Shown here: positions 1 to 10,929 of the stretch, one piece after another
How positions within the stretch are numbered: the stretch's first letter is position 1
How the letters are laid out: every line of letters begins with the position of its first letter
Assembly: GCA_010015585.1 (NCBI GenBank)
Contig: ML975178.1
Length of the DNA: 20,000 bases
Strand: one strand, 5' to 3'
Source of the DNA: Eremomyces bilateralis CBS 781.70
Lineage: Eukaryota
Notes under the pieces: generated by a model
Database searches by the model: none
Seen by the model: the letters and a program-made list of their open reading frames with translations, nothing else
What the model was told of the DNA's origin: nothing
Made by a program: the position numbers and the translations under genes

Positions 1-99
1 TCAGGATACTGGAAGGCATGTATTATATCGGCAAAAGATGCGAGATGAAGTGCTTAGAAGGTGTCAGCCTGGGTCAGGACTAAGGAGGGGATCCGGTGA

Positions 100-1013
100 T
101 AGTCGAGGCCAGTCGAGGGTCGATAATCTGAAGGATCTCGTATTCCACGGTTGGCTCGGGATAAGCTCGTATGGCCGCCAAGATGACAGTCCACGATCAC
201 AGCAAGCCGTGCAAGAAAAGCATGGCCATGAAGTGCCGTCAAGTGCCGGGATCAAAGCAAGGACAACGCCTGCTGTGGCGATCAGACAACGTGAGGCTCC
301 GCTAAGGCGTATGAACAAGGCCGGATGGGGTATGGGAAGCCTGATGTGCAACCCAGGCTGGGGTGGTAGGATCGTCGCAATAGTGAATTGAAGGACTGTC
401 GCAAGCAGGGTCAAAGATGATCAAAATGGACGGAGAAAGCAGGAGCTATAAGGCGACCCGCTTCACCTTGGGCATGGAGATCGACTAAGGGTCATAAATC
501 AGGAACCGATGGGTGGAATACAAGGATGAGGAAGTTATTAGCGACTAAATAACGAGACAGCGGGCACATCAGTGGGGATTGGGGGAGAGGTCCCTTTGCG
601 TGATTGATTCAATCATCCAGAAGGAATGAGGAGGGACTGGGAAGATACTGGGCAAGTATAATTAAGTATCATTTACCAACCAGCAGCGGTTCGACGTCTT
701 GGCTAGGAAGAGATTCGCTGAGATCGGCCACTGACATGGTGAGAACTGGAAGGTTGCAATTGAGGAGGCGAGGGTTCTTGGAGATACTTCAGGCATTCCT
801 AGCCTTCAGGAGGGACATTAGGTGGATCGGGGAAATGGTGGATGAACTAGGTACCCAGTAAAGAGGAACGTCTGGAGTAAACGATACGTCCGCTGGAGAC
901 TTTCCGTAGACTTTGTTTCGAGAGAGTGAGAGAGGGAGACGAAGATGGTGGAGACAGATCAGATGTGACCTAGGAGAATTGTAGCCGCCTGGAATATCAG
1001 GCCATCGGACCAA
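100..1013 (-). pseudogene. Possible very decayed Gypsy/chromovirus pol 3' relic
   Basis: Pyrimidine-rich minus strand with stops in all frames. One frame gives KVKRVA-L*-LLLSPSI (about 469-425; cf. integrase C-terminal VAYxLxLP) and later EYEILQIIDPR (145-113; cf. chromodomain start EYEVExIxDxR). Confidence 0.2.
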
Positions 1014-1368
1014 TCAGCGGTTCAGGAGGCCGGAGTTGGGTCGGAGACATTCCCTGGCCGGTTTTAGGTGCAGAAGAGTGCAGAAATTATTTTTAATGTT
1101 TCTTAAATTGGATTTGGCCGGGGCCCTCCCTGTTCTCGAAGTTAGCACACAGTCTTACTCCTCCGTTCCACACTTCCACAAGGAGTGTCCACCATTTGCC
1201 CGGTTAGCACAAATGCTCGCTTTCTGCTTGAGTTACATGCGAAGGGCTTGGGAAGTTAGGACTGGGAACTTGGATTTGGACTTGGAGTCTAGACAAGTGG
1301 CGACTGATCTCCTTTATTAATTCTATTGCCGTCATCCCAAGAGTGAAGAGTCCATCATCCATCAGTCA

Positions 1369-1815
1369 TCATGTTGCCAAGTTACTCGAATCCGTGCTCG
1401 CTTCAAAGAAACGACTCAATTCATTATTCAATGGTTCCGTTGAATACGCACACCTATCACATTCGCCACATTGCCGCCCATACATGTCCCACTGCTCTAG
1501 GTTCAAGACGCAAGTTTGCTCAGTTTTGCCTCTGATATGCGTCGGAGTAAGACGCTGTGATACCACCACATTAGCATATCCAAACGTCTCGACCATTTCA
1601 ACCGTTGGGAAACCAGTTTCTGGATCAAGAAACGTGGCCTTGGAGTGCAGTCCGTTCCAATACCCGAACAGTGAACAGGAGGTCAACTGCCGGTCGGGTG
1701 AAATGTCGGGATGAGACGTAAATGCATCGCCACAGTTTTCGTTTCTTGAGTCTGTCTCCACGGCTGATGTGCACTGCTGATGACCCGAAGATGATCTGAA
1801 AGCACCACTAACCAC
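1369..1815 (-). other. Unassigned 148-codon open frame, possibly a gene fragment
   Basis: Stop-free with protein-like composition (SLFGYWNGLHSKATFLDPETGFPTVEMVETFGYANVVV; CGECDRC). It begins at GTG and I recognise no family. Confidence 0.2.
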
Positions 1816-2348
1816 GCCTACTTCCTGTCAGTTCCGTTCGGATGACAACTTGGAGTCTAGGCCCGAATGGAACTCAACAAGTACAAATAAGGTAGGATGA
1901 TAGGGAAAAGAGTTTGAATGTGTCCCAAACCATTTATGCCTCACGCAGGACGACTTGTGTTTCATGGCGCATCGTGGTTCCAAGACTCGGAAATTCATCC
2001 CTATTCAAAGGGGGCAAAGGGAAATGACGGCGTCCCGCGTCCTACTCCATCACGTCTACTCAAAATGCGAGCTTAATCGTTTACCGGTCCTAAAGCTGCG
2101 GCAAGATTCCCGTACCATTCTGACAAGACTGCGAAGGACTTCGATTGCAATAGTACACGTCCAATTTGAGACAGAGACTGTAGAGACCACGCCACCTCCA
2201 ACAGCTCGCGAATATCACAGCCAATTTTGAATCTTGAAGCTAGGCATCATGAGATCCCGAGCCGGCATGGAAGCCCTCGGACCGACATGCCACCACAGGA
2301 TCTGGACACCCTCCTTATTCAGGAGCCGCCAGGAACAGCGTACTCATA

Positions 2349-2482
2349 TTTGCCTTAAAACCCTCCACAGGCTTGTGTCAGCGTGCGTTGCGCGTCCCTA
2401 CTTAAACAAGGTTTCTTCGGTCAGATTTCGGCGGGACGCGCTACGCACGCTGACACCAAGCCTGTGGAGGATTTGAGGCAAA
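2349..2482. repeat. About 50-bp imperfect inverted repeat (hairpin) with 34-nt loop
   Basis: 2349-2398 TTTGCCTTAAAACCCTCCACAGGCTTGTGTCAGCGTGCGTTGCGCGTCCC pairs with 2433-2482 GGGACGCGCTACGCACGCTGACACCAAGCCTGTGGAGGATTTGAGGCAAA with only a few mismatches or indels. Confidence 0.9.
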
Positions 2483-3249
2483 CGAGACACACGTCAACTG
2501 CCGCCTTTGGGGACCATATCAACCCACTCGCACAGAAGACGGAATTAGAAAACGCAACTCCTCGACCAAGCGGATACGCGACATAGTAAATCTTGAAGCA
2601 AGGGTCATCGTAATCCCAAGCCAAGCATGTGTAAATTCGCCTGCCGACGGTCCTGTAGTTTAGGGGTCCCCTGTCCAACCACCTCCTCTTCTCCAGCCTT
2701 TCGCATGCCCATCACCACGGCGCTGGAGACGTTGTTATCCACCCGGTAACCCCTCTGGTTCTTCCCTCTTGCTAATGCTGTCGACCGGGGAAATGGTTGA
2801 GAGCGGCACGAGCTGTGGTTGGATTCAGTCGTTGGGGCTGTGAACAAGCCAGTCAACCTCCAGAACCGGGAGATTTCGCTCGGGTGTGTCAAGGATAGGA
2901 CGTCGAGTTCTTCTGGGTGGGTAGGCCTATATATTAGCCGGCATGGATATCGTTCCGAGTGGAAAGGGCTGCGATAGCCGATACCGATGATTCGTTCGGC
3001 AGATCAGCCCGCGTCTCGTTCTATCAGAGAGAACTCGAATAGCTGAACAGAAGGCATCCTATCCTTCTCAGTACTTGCAGAAACCCGGAGATGATTTCCG
3101 GGAGTTCAGATCAGCAACAGCCCCCTGGTAATGCAATTCAATACTAGGAGGTAGTCAAGTCTTCTAACGAGCCTTATTCAACGGCAAAACGGAGTCACTG
3201 CTAGCATCCGAACGTCCAGTTTGTGATCCAGGTAATCCACGCATAGAAA

Positions 3250-4764
3250 TCATCGGGTGCCCTGCGACATGGTGAGCAGTTGATACCTCGAAACGCTGGA
3301 AAGGAAGTCATTCGTACGTCCTGCCTGCTTGTCCAAATCCTCATAACCGGGCTCCATCCATTGCGACTGTGTTCCCTTCCTCCGGGACTCCCACCCAAAG
3401 TCGAACTCGACCTCCGTGGGCTCATCGTCATAGGTTTTGAGAGCTCGCACGTTCGGTCCGTTACGTGAAAAGACGTCTCGGAACGATTGGTTCACTGGGG
3501 TTGTCTTTCGGTTGGCGGTGCTGGGATTTTGGCTTCGGCTCTTGCCGTTAATCCAGGATTTGAGTGATGTGGGGATGGTTTTGACCAAGATGTGGTTCAT
3601 GGCCGGCATGGATGCGCTGATGGCGCCAAACCCGAGTTCGATCACGGCGCCGATTTGGAAGCCGATGCCATTCCCTGTGTGGATGTCAGCGCTTCTGTTC
3701 CCACACGCGATTGTATATCGCTAGTGCAGCCAATCCCTTGGACCCGAATTATAGGTAGAGTACCTGATCAAAAGATTAGGTAGCAGGGACAGACTGAGAC
3801 CGACTTACAAGATGGATCCCACGAGTGAAACACTGGATAAACATAGATCGTCTTCACAACCGCACCGGCGCAGGCGACGCCGCCAAAAGCGAAGACCCAG
3901 GTAACGCCGATGCGTGTCCAAAGCGGAAGTTGGAGAGACCATACGGTGTGGATAGGCAAAACCAGTAGCCACACGTCCGTAGCGAGATATATAACGGTTA
4001 AGACGAATATCTCCAATGCCAGATTGATCGACTTAAATCCAGCCAGTCGAACGTCCATGTCCCAGGCAGCCGAGATGGGCTTGCATGCGAAGACAAAGGC
4101 GAAGACTTGGATGATAAGCTCCAAGATGAGGAACACGACAGTACTGTGCAGAAGTATTCGCTTGGTCATGGACGCCACGCCCATCAGTCGGTATAGGAAT
4201 GCCGTGATGGAAAGCCGAATCAGGAAAATAGCGTGGAAATAGAGCATCACCCCTATGAATTCTAACTTCAATATGAGGAGTCATGGTCAGTACGGTCCTC
4301 TTAGGGTTTGACGGGGACTTCCCACAAATTGCAGCATTTTAATCTGGTCATAAGAGACATCAAAGACATGCTGTCCGGATCCACCTTTTTTTATCAGCAA
4401 AACCATAACGATGATTGTTCCCAGAGATAAGATCTAGTTGACAAGCCCCGTTAGTCGTATGGGAACCGGACACCGTACCACAACAACGTACCTGGCCAGG
4501 AATAATCAGCCAGTCATCCCATCCAAACATCATCCCCTTCACTCGCTTTCGAATCCATAGTCGGAGAAACACAACGATGGTGCTAATGGCAGCGAGGCAG
4601 TAGCAGAGCACCTCAAGAGGGCGAGATTTATTCGGTGGAACATAGTTGGGATCGAGCAACCCAGGGAGGGTGAAGTTCTTGGGGTAATCGGGAAAGGTCG
4701 CCCCATACTCGAGCAGTGCGATCAGCTTATCGGGGTCTTCCTCAAGCAGCAGTTGCAAACTCAT
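3250..4764 (-). CDS. Pth11-like integral membrane protein (fungal rhodopsin domain, no CFEM domain seen), about 420 aa; exons complement(4764-4492, 4433-4326, 4265-3809, 3674-3250)
   Basis: Three GT..AG introns with ACTAAC/ACTGAC/GCTGAC branch points join into one frame. Family motifs are present in order: VFLRLWIR..FGWDDWLI, GSGQHVFDV, IRLSITAFLYRL, FACKPISAAWD, TDVWLLVLPIHTVWSLQL, DPSW, IELGFGAISASMP. There are multiple hydrophobic TM segments and a polar C-tail. Confidence 0.9.
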
Positions 4765-5439
4765 TCTCTCAGTGATTGCCGAACGTCGCGGTCTTGCGTG
4801 TAGCCGAGAGGACCATCTAAGATGAAGCGGTTCTGAAGTGTTGAGAAGTTGAGACCGGCAAAAGAGGACAGACCCTTGGGATATTATATCGGCATCTTCG
4901 GCTCCTCGAGTCAGGAACAGCTGATGCGCAATGAGTAGCAATGCCCTGCAGGGCAACATCTCGAATTGGGACAGTTTGGTGCACTTCCCCAGACGACTAG
5001 TACTGGCCCTGGTCACGAATGGGCTGGCACCCCCCCTGTTTCTTGTACATACATATCAACTCAACCTCCATTATGGCGCAGGCTAGGGGTGGGTGCCAGC
5101 CCGTTCGTGACCAGGGCCTGTACTCCGTATGTACATAGTACACTAGTATTTCCCCAGTCAAACTCTAGTGATGCTGTGATGAAATTTCTGGGCACCAATC
5201 GTCGTCTGTCCTTCTGCTGTTCTGCATTAGAAAAAGTATACCGTAGTTTCTCGGTTTAGTTCCTGGTTAGTGTAGTGATTAGTGGCGTAGGGGGGATTTC
5301 ATAGTTGGATCCAGAATGCCTCATTGAATGGTCTAAATGAGAAAGGATCTTCGCTAACCGGATCTCGCCCCGGCGAACCTACTTTTATGTATAGAGAATT
5401 CGGGATATGGGTATGGGGTTCTGCCTTCTCAGTTCTCAC

Positions 5440-5580
5440 TTTTAGGGGGAATAGACTTTCTACCTAGTTAGTACTTAGCTTAACTTAGTAGTAGTTAGCG
5501 TATGCAAGAGTTAAACAATGGACTTACTACGTAGAAAATAATCTAGACTTTTAAGCCTTAACTCTGGATTCTAGATTGAG
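5440..5580. other. AT- and TpA-rich patch consistent with RIP-mutated repeat remnant
   Basis: TACCTAGTTAGTACTTAGCTTAACTTAGTAGTAGTTAGCG...: many TA/TAG and few CA/TG dinucleotides compared with the flanks. Confidence 0.35.
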
Positions 5581-6429
5581 TGGCGGGACAGTCAGAACTC
5601 AGAAGACCTTTCGACTTTCAGCCTTCAGGCTTCACCCTTATGTCACTGACGTGCAGATTGTTCTCCTCCATTGGAACGAACGTCGGGACTCGGGCCATCT
5701 CAAGAGCCAAGCGTTTCGCCAGAGGTGCAAATTATCAGCGAGCCTCTCCAAGGAAATGCCTGTCGTAATACGGATTACGGAGTACTGCGCGCAGATATTG
5801 ATGTTGTGGTCATTGGGCCTTGAGTCTTGTCATCTTGTGAGTCCATCTTGTGTAGAAAGGATCCCCAGTTCTTTGACCTCGGGTTTGCGGGGTTTCACAA
5901 ACGCGTCACGCGGTTAGCGTCCGTCGCCATACAGCGAGTATTATGGGCAGATTTGGCAATTCACAGTTGGCACATTTAACTGGAATCCTTGTCAAGGTGG
6001 AGAGTGGAGAGTGGAGAAACTGGAGATAGACTTTTCTGGGTCGCGTTCTCTCTTTTGCTGTAATTACTGTGACCACCGATCAGGTTTCGTCTTTTCGATG
6101 ACTTGCAGGAGACGAGGACTTGTCACCCCAGTTCCTGACACTGACTTGTCAGGCCGTCCCATGCGTGAGGCGACCGTTCGCTCAAACATTGCAATTCATA
6201 CAGACCAGATTACCGCCAGTCTTGGAGGTGTCAGGCCCGAGTGTCCGTATCCTCGTGGTCGAGGATATACTGGAGGGTTGTGTTTAAAATCCCGGTGATG
6301 ATCCGGTTGAGGGTTTCCAGCCCTGATGGACTGTTCACAGTTCCTTTGGTACCATACTACCATTCTTGTTCTCATCCTTCGTCAGTTTTTCCAGTCATAT
6401 TATTGATCGTCAACCACCGAGTCTCAAAA

Positions 6430-6800
6430 TCAATAGGTCTACCAATGCCTGAAGCACTCGATTCACGAGCAACAAGTCGTAAAGATGAGACGAATGCTCC
6501 CCTGATATTAGGTATTGATATGGTCATACTCAACAATGGACCGATGTTTCAGTTTCAGATACTGTAATCTCGTCCGAGGCAACGAAATAATCACTCGACT
6601 GAAGAGGCACGGTATTAGTGCTCAGCCAATACGATGGGCTCTGCAATTTATATACCACTTCCTATTCTCCATCATATTGTTCTTACACAAACTGCTGTTT
6701 TTGGAGGCAAATTTAGTAACACACAACGTTCCTCCGCATTATATTTGATAACTACGGTATTGACTATCCACAGAAGAAGTATGCCCATCTTCGTACACCT
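6430..6800 (+). pseudogene. Probable highly degenerate LINE (Tad1-like) reverse transcriptase fragment
   Basis: Across frameshifts, RT-like blocks appear in the expected order: RSTNA (cf. RSTxDA), LGIDM (cf. LD), ITRLKRHGISAQPIRWALQF (cf. LxxRLxxxGxxxxxxRWxxSF), PLPIL (cf. PLSPIL) and a frameshifted LYL/DNYGI (cf. YxDD). Confidence 0.35.
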
Positions 6801-7359
6801 AAGAACGAGAAGCTCAAATTTCAACTCCAAAATTCGAGGAGAGGTTGGAGGTGCTGGAGCCACGTTCGGGCGATCAATTCCGTGCTCAGATATATCTCGG
6901 TGAACACGTTCAGGTACTGTGCTAACTGCCGGTGCCCTAAGTTACAGGGCTAGAGTTATCCATGAGACAGTGAAACCCCTCCCTTATATCGAGGATACTA
7001 TGGGTGATTTTCGGTAGGATGAAAGGAATTTAGTGCTACAGCCATGTATCGGTGGAGTCGTGGAGAGGTCGGAATATCTGTATGTGTTACTAGACTTGCG
7101 GATTCTCAAAGGAGACGGAATTCTGGGACGTGAACGGAAAGTCTAGGATTGTCATGTTTATATTAAAGTCGCGGCATCCGATGTAAACAGCCGATAGACC
7201 ACTGAATAGGCAAACGATTTTTCTGCGTCATTGTTGCAGCATCACAATCCAATCAACGTACGATACTCCATCCATACATCGATGGCACTGCGGTAAGTAG
7301 TTGAATATATCACCCGTCCCAGAATCGTCTAGCCACAACCCTAAAAGTCCAACACTGTT

Positions 7360-10071
7360 TCACCTCTCCTCTCTCGCCGCCCTCTGCACAACCTTTATAC
7401 ACTCCCCCACCACATCCCCACCCTCCCTCCACCTCCTCAACACCACCCCACCACCCCTCTCTCTTAACGTCTGCTCCGCCCTCGCCCACCTCACCCGCCA
7501 CAGCTGCTCCCGCTTATTTCCCTGCTGCGCCTCTTGCCCGCTCCTCCCATCCCCCATGCTGGATATCGGTGTGTTGCCACCGGGACTGCGAGAGTCGCCG
7601 CCGCCGCCTTGAGCGTAGTTCCAGGCGCCGGCGACCCGGTTGCTGGCGTAGTTGGCAGCGGCGGCGGGGTAGGCGGTGATGGCGCGGCGGGGGGGCAGGG
7701 CGGGTGGGGACGGGTTATGCGTGGGTGAGGGATCGTGGGGGATCGTGGGGTTGCTGGTGGAGGAATGGACGGAGAGGGTGGAGGATGAAGAATGGGGAGG
7801 TGGTGCGGGCGGGGTGCGAGAGCCGGTGGTGCTGTGGGGTGGGCCGGATGGGTATAGCGAAGGGATGTGGTTGTAGGTGGTGGTAAGTTTTTGTTTGGCG
7901 AGGGAGACGTAGCTTTGGTTGTCTGGGTGGGATTGTTCGGGAGGGGTGGGACGGGGTTGTTTGGGAGGTGCGGGCTTGGAAGGAGATTTGGAAACGGATA
8001 GTTTGGTGGGTGGTGGGGTCTTTCCAGTGCTAGATAGTCGTCGAGGCTTCGGTGGCGGTGGAGGGAGTGGCTTTCGTGGAAAAAATTCCTGAGCGGGAGA
8101 TGGGGTGGTCTCATGCGTGACTGAAGCGCCACGGAGTTTGGTAGGTTTCGCTGGAGGCTTTGGAGGCGGTGCCCTTCCATTCCGCTTCCCTTGATCCGTG
8201 GGAGAGAGTTCCCATAGTAAATCCGCGGTATTGGCCCTATGGAGACCACCCGGTGAGGACCTGTGCTGCGCTTCATTTGGATCGGGATCGCTTAAGTCGA
8301 TCAGATCTCCAATATTACGCACTTGAGTTGATTGTGGAGCACCTGGAGCACTTGGTCTTCGAGGTAGCGCATTGGGCGAAGCCGCTTCGTCCTCGACGTC
8401 TTTCAGCGACGCTTGAATAGCGGCTCTCAAATGCGGGTCATCGTCCTCGGCAGCGTTGGAAGAAGCCAACCAGCTATTTCTAGATCCCGAATTTGGTTTC
8501 CCAGTGCTGCTGGTGGGATTGTTCACCGAAGGATCGAAGAATCCGCGGGACGTTGTCGTCGTGATATCTCGAATAAAGATAGCGAGCACCCTCCCGGGGT
8601 TCTCGAGCACAAAATCCGTATACACCTCGAGATCCGCCTCCCCGCTATCTCCAACCAGAATAAACCGACGCTCAGGGAAGTCCTGCGCGATCCGGTCCAA
8701 CGAGCTCTTCTTCCTTTCCGCCACCGGCTCGAAGATCCCCTGAAGCATGCCGCTGTACCGCTTCAGATGGAACGAGCCGGGCGGCAGCCCGGCGTTCGCG
8801 AAGAAGCTCTCGAGGACCGGGAAGAGCTGCCAGGGGGAGTTGGAGACATAGTGGAACTTGACGCCCATGTCGAAGAGGCGGTCGTACCATTCGCGGACGC
8901 CCTTGATGGTAAGGTCGCAGAGGTCGCGGATGAACGCGTTGCGGAAGATCTCCCGGGCGCCGGAGTTGATGGCGGTGTGCTTGATGGTGTCGTCGATGTC
9001 GCTGATGAGACTGACGCCGTGAGGCTCGATGACGCGGATTCCGGTCGTGGCGGAGAGGTTCTCGCCGGCTAAGATGCGCACGTGGGTCGGAATGAAGTCA
9101 AGAGCTGCTCTCAGCGCGAAATGTCCGGCAGCGTCGGTGTACACGGTCCGTTGTCTTGATACGTCGTCGTTGTAGAAGAACGCCGAAACGGGTAGGTTCT
9201 GCATCGGGTTCGCCATGAATGGATTCAACCGCGCCATCAGGTTCTCGTTCGCAATCGCCAACTCCTCCTTGCTCATCTGCGCCGGCTGATTCCACGCCTC
9301 ACGCTTCTGCACCGCGTTGACATTCTCCCTGCTCTCCTCCCGCGGCGACTCCGTCCCTCCATGCTTCTTGATCTCCGGCCGTCTTGCGCTCTCGCTATAC
9401 TCTCCCCGGTCCGCGCGCTTCGCCTCCTCCTCTCCTTTCTTCATGATCGCATTCGCCTCCTGCCGCACGATCTCCTCGTCCGTCCGCGCCCCCCTCCCCG
9501 GGCTCGGCCCTCTGCTCCTCGCACCCTCCTGCCCCTCGGGCGTCGGCGCCTGCAACCCGACCAGCTGCCTCGCCAACCCAACGAACAGCCTCTGCTTCCG
9601 CGTCAACGGTCCCCGCTGCGGCGAGTAGATCCATCCGCGCACATCGACGTCCACCACCGCGTTGTTATCCTCATACTGATCCCACCTCTGTCTCCAAAAC
9701 TCCTCCTGCGGATCACCCTCCCCCTTCCCACTCTCCCTCTCCTGCTTCTCCACCCCTCCCCCCTCCTCCCGCTTCTCCCTCCCCCTTACATGCCTCCGCG
9801 CATAACTCGGAAATACCACCATTCTCTCCCCCGCCCTTGCCACCACCGCCCCATGCCCCGGATGCCCCCCCTCTACCCCGTCCTCCATCCCCCCCTCCCC
9901 ATTCCACCCCCCGCCGTAGCTGCTCTGATACGTCTGCCGCAGCTCGTTCGCCGCGCGCAAATACCCTGCGATCTTCCGCCGTCGTGCGCCTGGCTCCCGC
10001 CCCTCGCTGCGCAGCGTCGAGAGGTTCCAGCGCGCGTCACCGGGCGGGGGGCTGGGGTCGGTTGGGTTCAT
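7360..10071 (-). CDS. APP1: Phosphatidate phosphatase APP1-like / actin patch protein (DUF2183 catalytic domain), intronless; first ATG at 10071, frame open upstream to 10557
   Basis: Long ORF with the DxDxT motif GVSLISDIDDTIK, plus FHYVSNSPWQL, GLPPGSFHLK, FPERRFILVGDSGEADLEVY and IFIRD. Fungal N-terminal blocks REPGARRRKIAGYLRAANELRQ and VVDVDVRGWIYSP, and a Pro-rich (SH3-ligand-like) C-terminal region. Confidence 0.9.
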   Translation of the reverse strand: MNPTDPSPPPGDARWNLSTLRSEGREPGARRRKIAGYLRAANELRQTYQSSYGGGWNGEGGMEDGVEGGHPGHGAVVARAGERMVVFPSYARRHVRGREKREEGGGVEKQERESGKGEGDPQEEFWRQRWDQYEDNNAVVDVDVRGWIYSPQRGPLTRKQRLFVGLARQLVGLQAPTPEGQEGARSRGPSPGRGARTDEEIVRQEANAIMKKGEEEAKRADRGEYSESARRPEIKKHGGTESPREESRENVNAVQKREAWNQPAQMSKEELAIANENLMARLNPFMANPMQNLPVSAFFYNDDVSRQRTVYTDAAGHFALRAALDFIPTHVRILAGENLSATTGIRVIEPHGVSLISDIDDTIKHTAINSGAREIFRNAFIRDLCDLTIKGVREWYDRLFDMGVKFHYVSNSPWQLFPVLESFFANAGLPPGSFHLKRYSGMLQGIFEPVAERKKSSLDRIAQDFPERRFILVGDSGEADLEVYTDFVLENPGRVLAIFIRDITTTTSRGFFDPSVNNPTSSTGKPNSGSRNSWLASSNAAEDDDPHLRAAIQASLKDVEDEAASPNALPRRPSAPGAPQSTQVRNIGDLIDLSDPDPNEAQHRSSPGGLHRANTADLLWELSPTDQGKRNGRAPPPKPPAKPTKLRGASVTHETTPSPAQEFFPRKPLPPPPPKPRRLSSTGKTPPPTKLSVSKSPSKPAPPKQPRPTPPEQSHPDNQSYVSLAKQKLTTTYNHIPSLYPSGPPHSTTGSRTPPAPPPHSSSSTLSVHSSTSNPTIPHDPSPTHNPSPPALPPRRAITAYPAAAANYASNRVAGAWNYAQGGGGDSRSPGGNTPISSMGDGRSGQEAQQGNKREQLWRVRWARAEQTLRERGGGVVLRRWREGGDVVGECIKVVQRAAREER

Positions 10072-10929
10072 ATTTTCGGTGTGCGGCCGGCCATAGCGGG
10101 GCGGGCGGAGAGTCTGGCGGTGTTGGTGAAAGGTATCGGCGTGGTGTTTTAGGAGGTCGAGGGCGCGTGCGTGGGTGCGGAGGGACGGGCGGATGCGGGT
10201 GCGGAGGCGCGATTGCGCGAGGGATTGGCGGTAGAGGAGGTAGCGGTAGATGCGGGATTGGGCGCGGCGGGTGAGGGAGGGGAGGTATTCGTGGCGGAGG
10301 TGGGTGAGGGTGTTGGTAGTGCGTGGGAAGAGGCGGCGGAAGGCGGTGGTTACTGTGGGTGGTGGGCGGCGTGGTGGTGCCAGTTTGTTGGGGTGGATGG
10401 ATGGATGGGAAATACTATGGGATGGTGGATGGGCGTGCGCTTCCGTATCGGTGAGATGAGGCGACGTTAGATATCGGAGGTGTGGTTTTGTGCAACTTAT
10501 CAAGCTACGAAGGATTCTTGAGAAGTTTGGACGGGAGGTTGAACAGCCGTTGAACAATACAGAGTAATGCCGGTAGACCAGCTAGGGGGCAGCCGACGTC
10601 ATCTCCAGCCCGAAACCACTGGTATATTTACCAGAAATATTATTCCGCATACGACTCTATTCCAGCATCTATATCCGTGTCAAGAAGAGATTCCCAAGTC
10701 CCGAAGATTTCAATCCAATTGTTTTCGGTTGATGATCTGATGGTTCCAATATGCTGTTGTTCTCAAAAGAAGTCGCCGCCATGTATGAAAATCCGGTGCC
10801 TGTGTAGGCAGTATAGCGTAACCACCATCTATGGGTATCCCTTTCAAACGCCATCCAGTCCGGTCCGATCAAGTCACTCTATCCAACCCATCACCGTAGT
10901 TAAGTCTCTATGACCCATCCTAAGCACCA

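Noticed and set aside
4765..5016. N-terminal part of the 218-aa ORF upstream of the Pth11-like ATG
   Set aside because: Called from a non-ATG codon and not family-like; ATG 4764 gives a typical protein. An in-frame ATG near 4959 is not excluded but is unsupported.
7491..10470. Many overlapping ORFs (e.g. 7491-8276, 8413-9072, 9361-10152)
   Set aside because: Alternative-frame or antisense shadows caused by high GC and low complexity within APP1.
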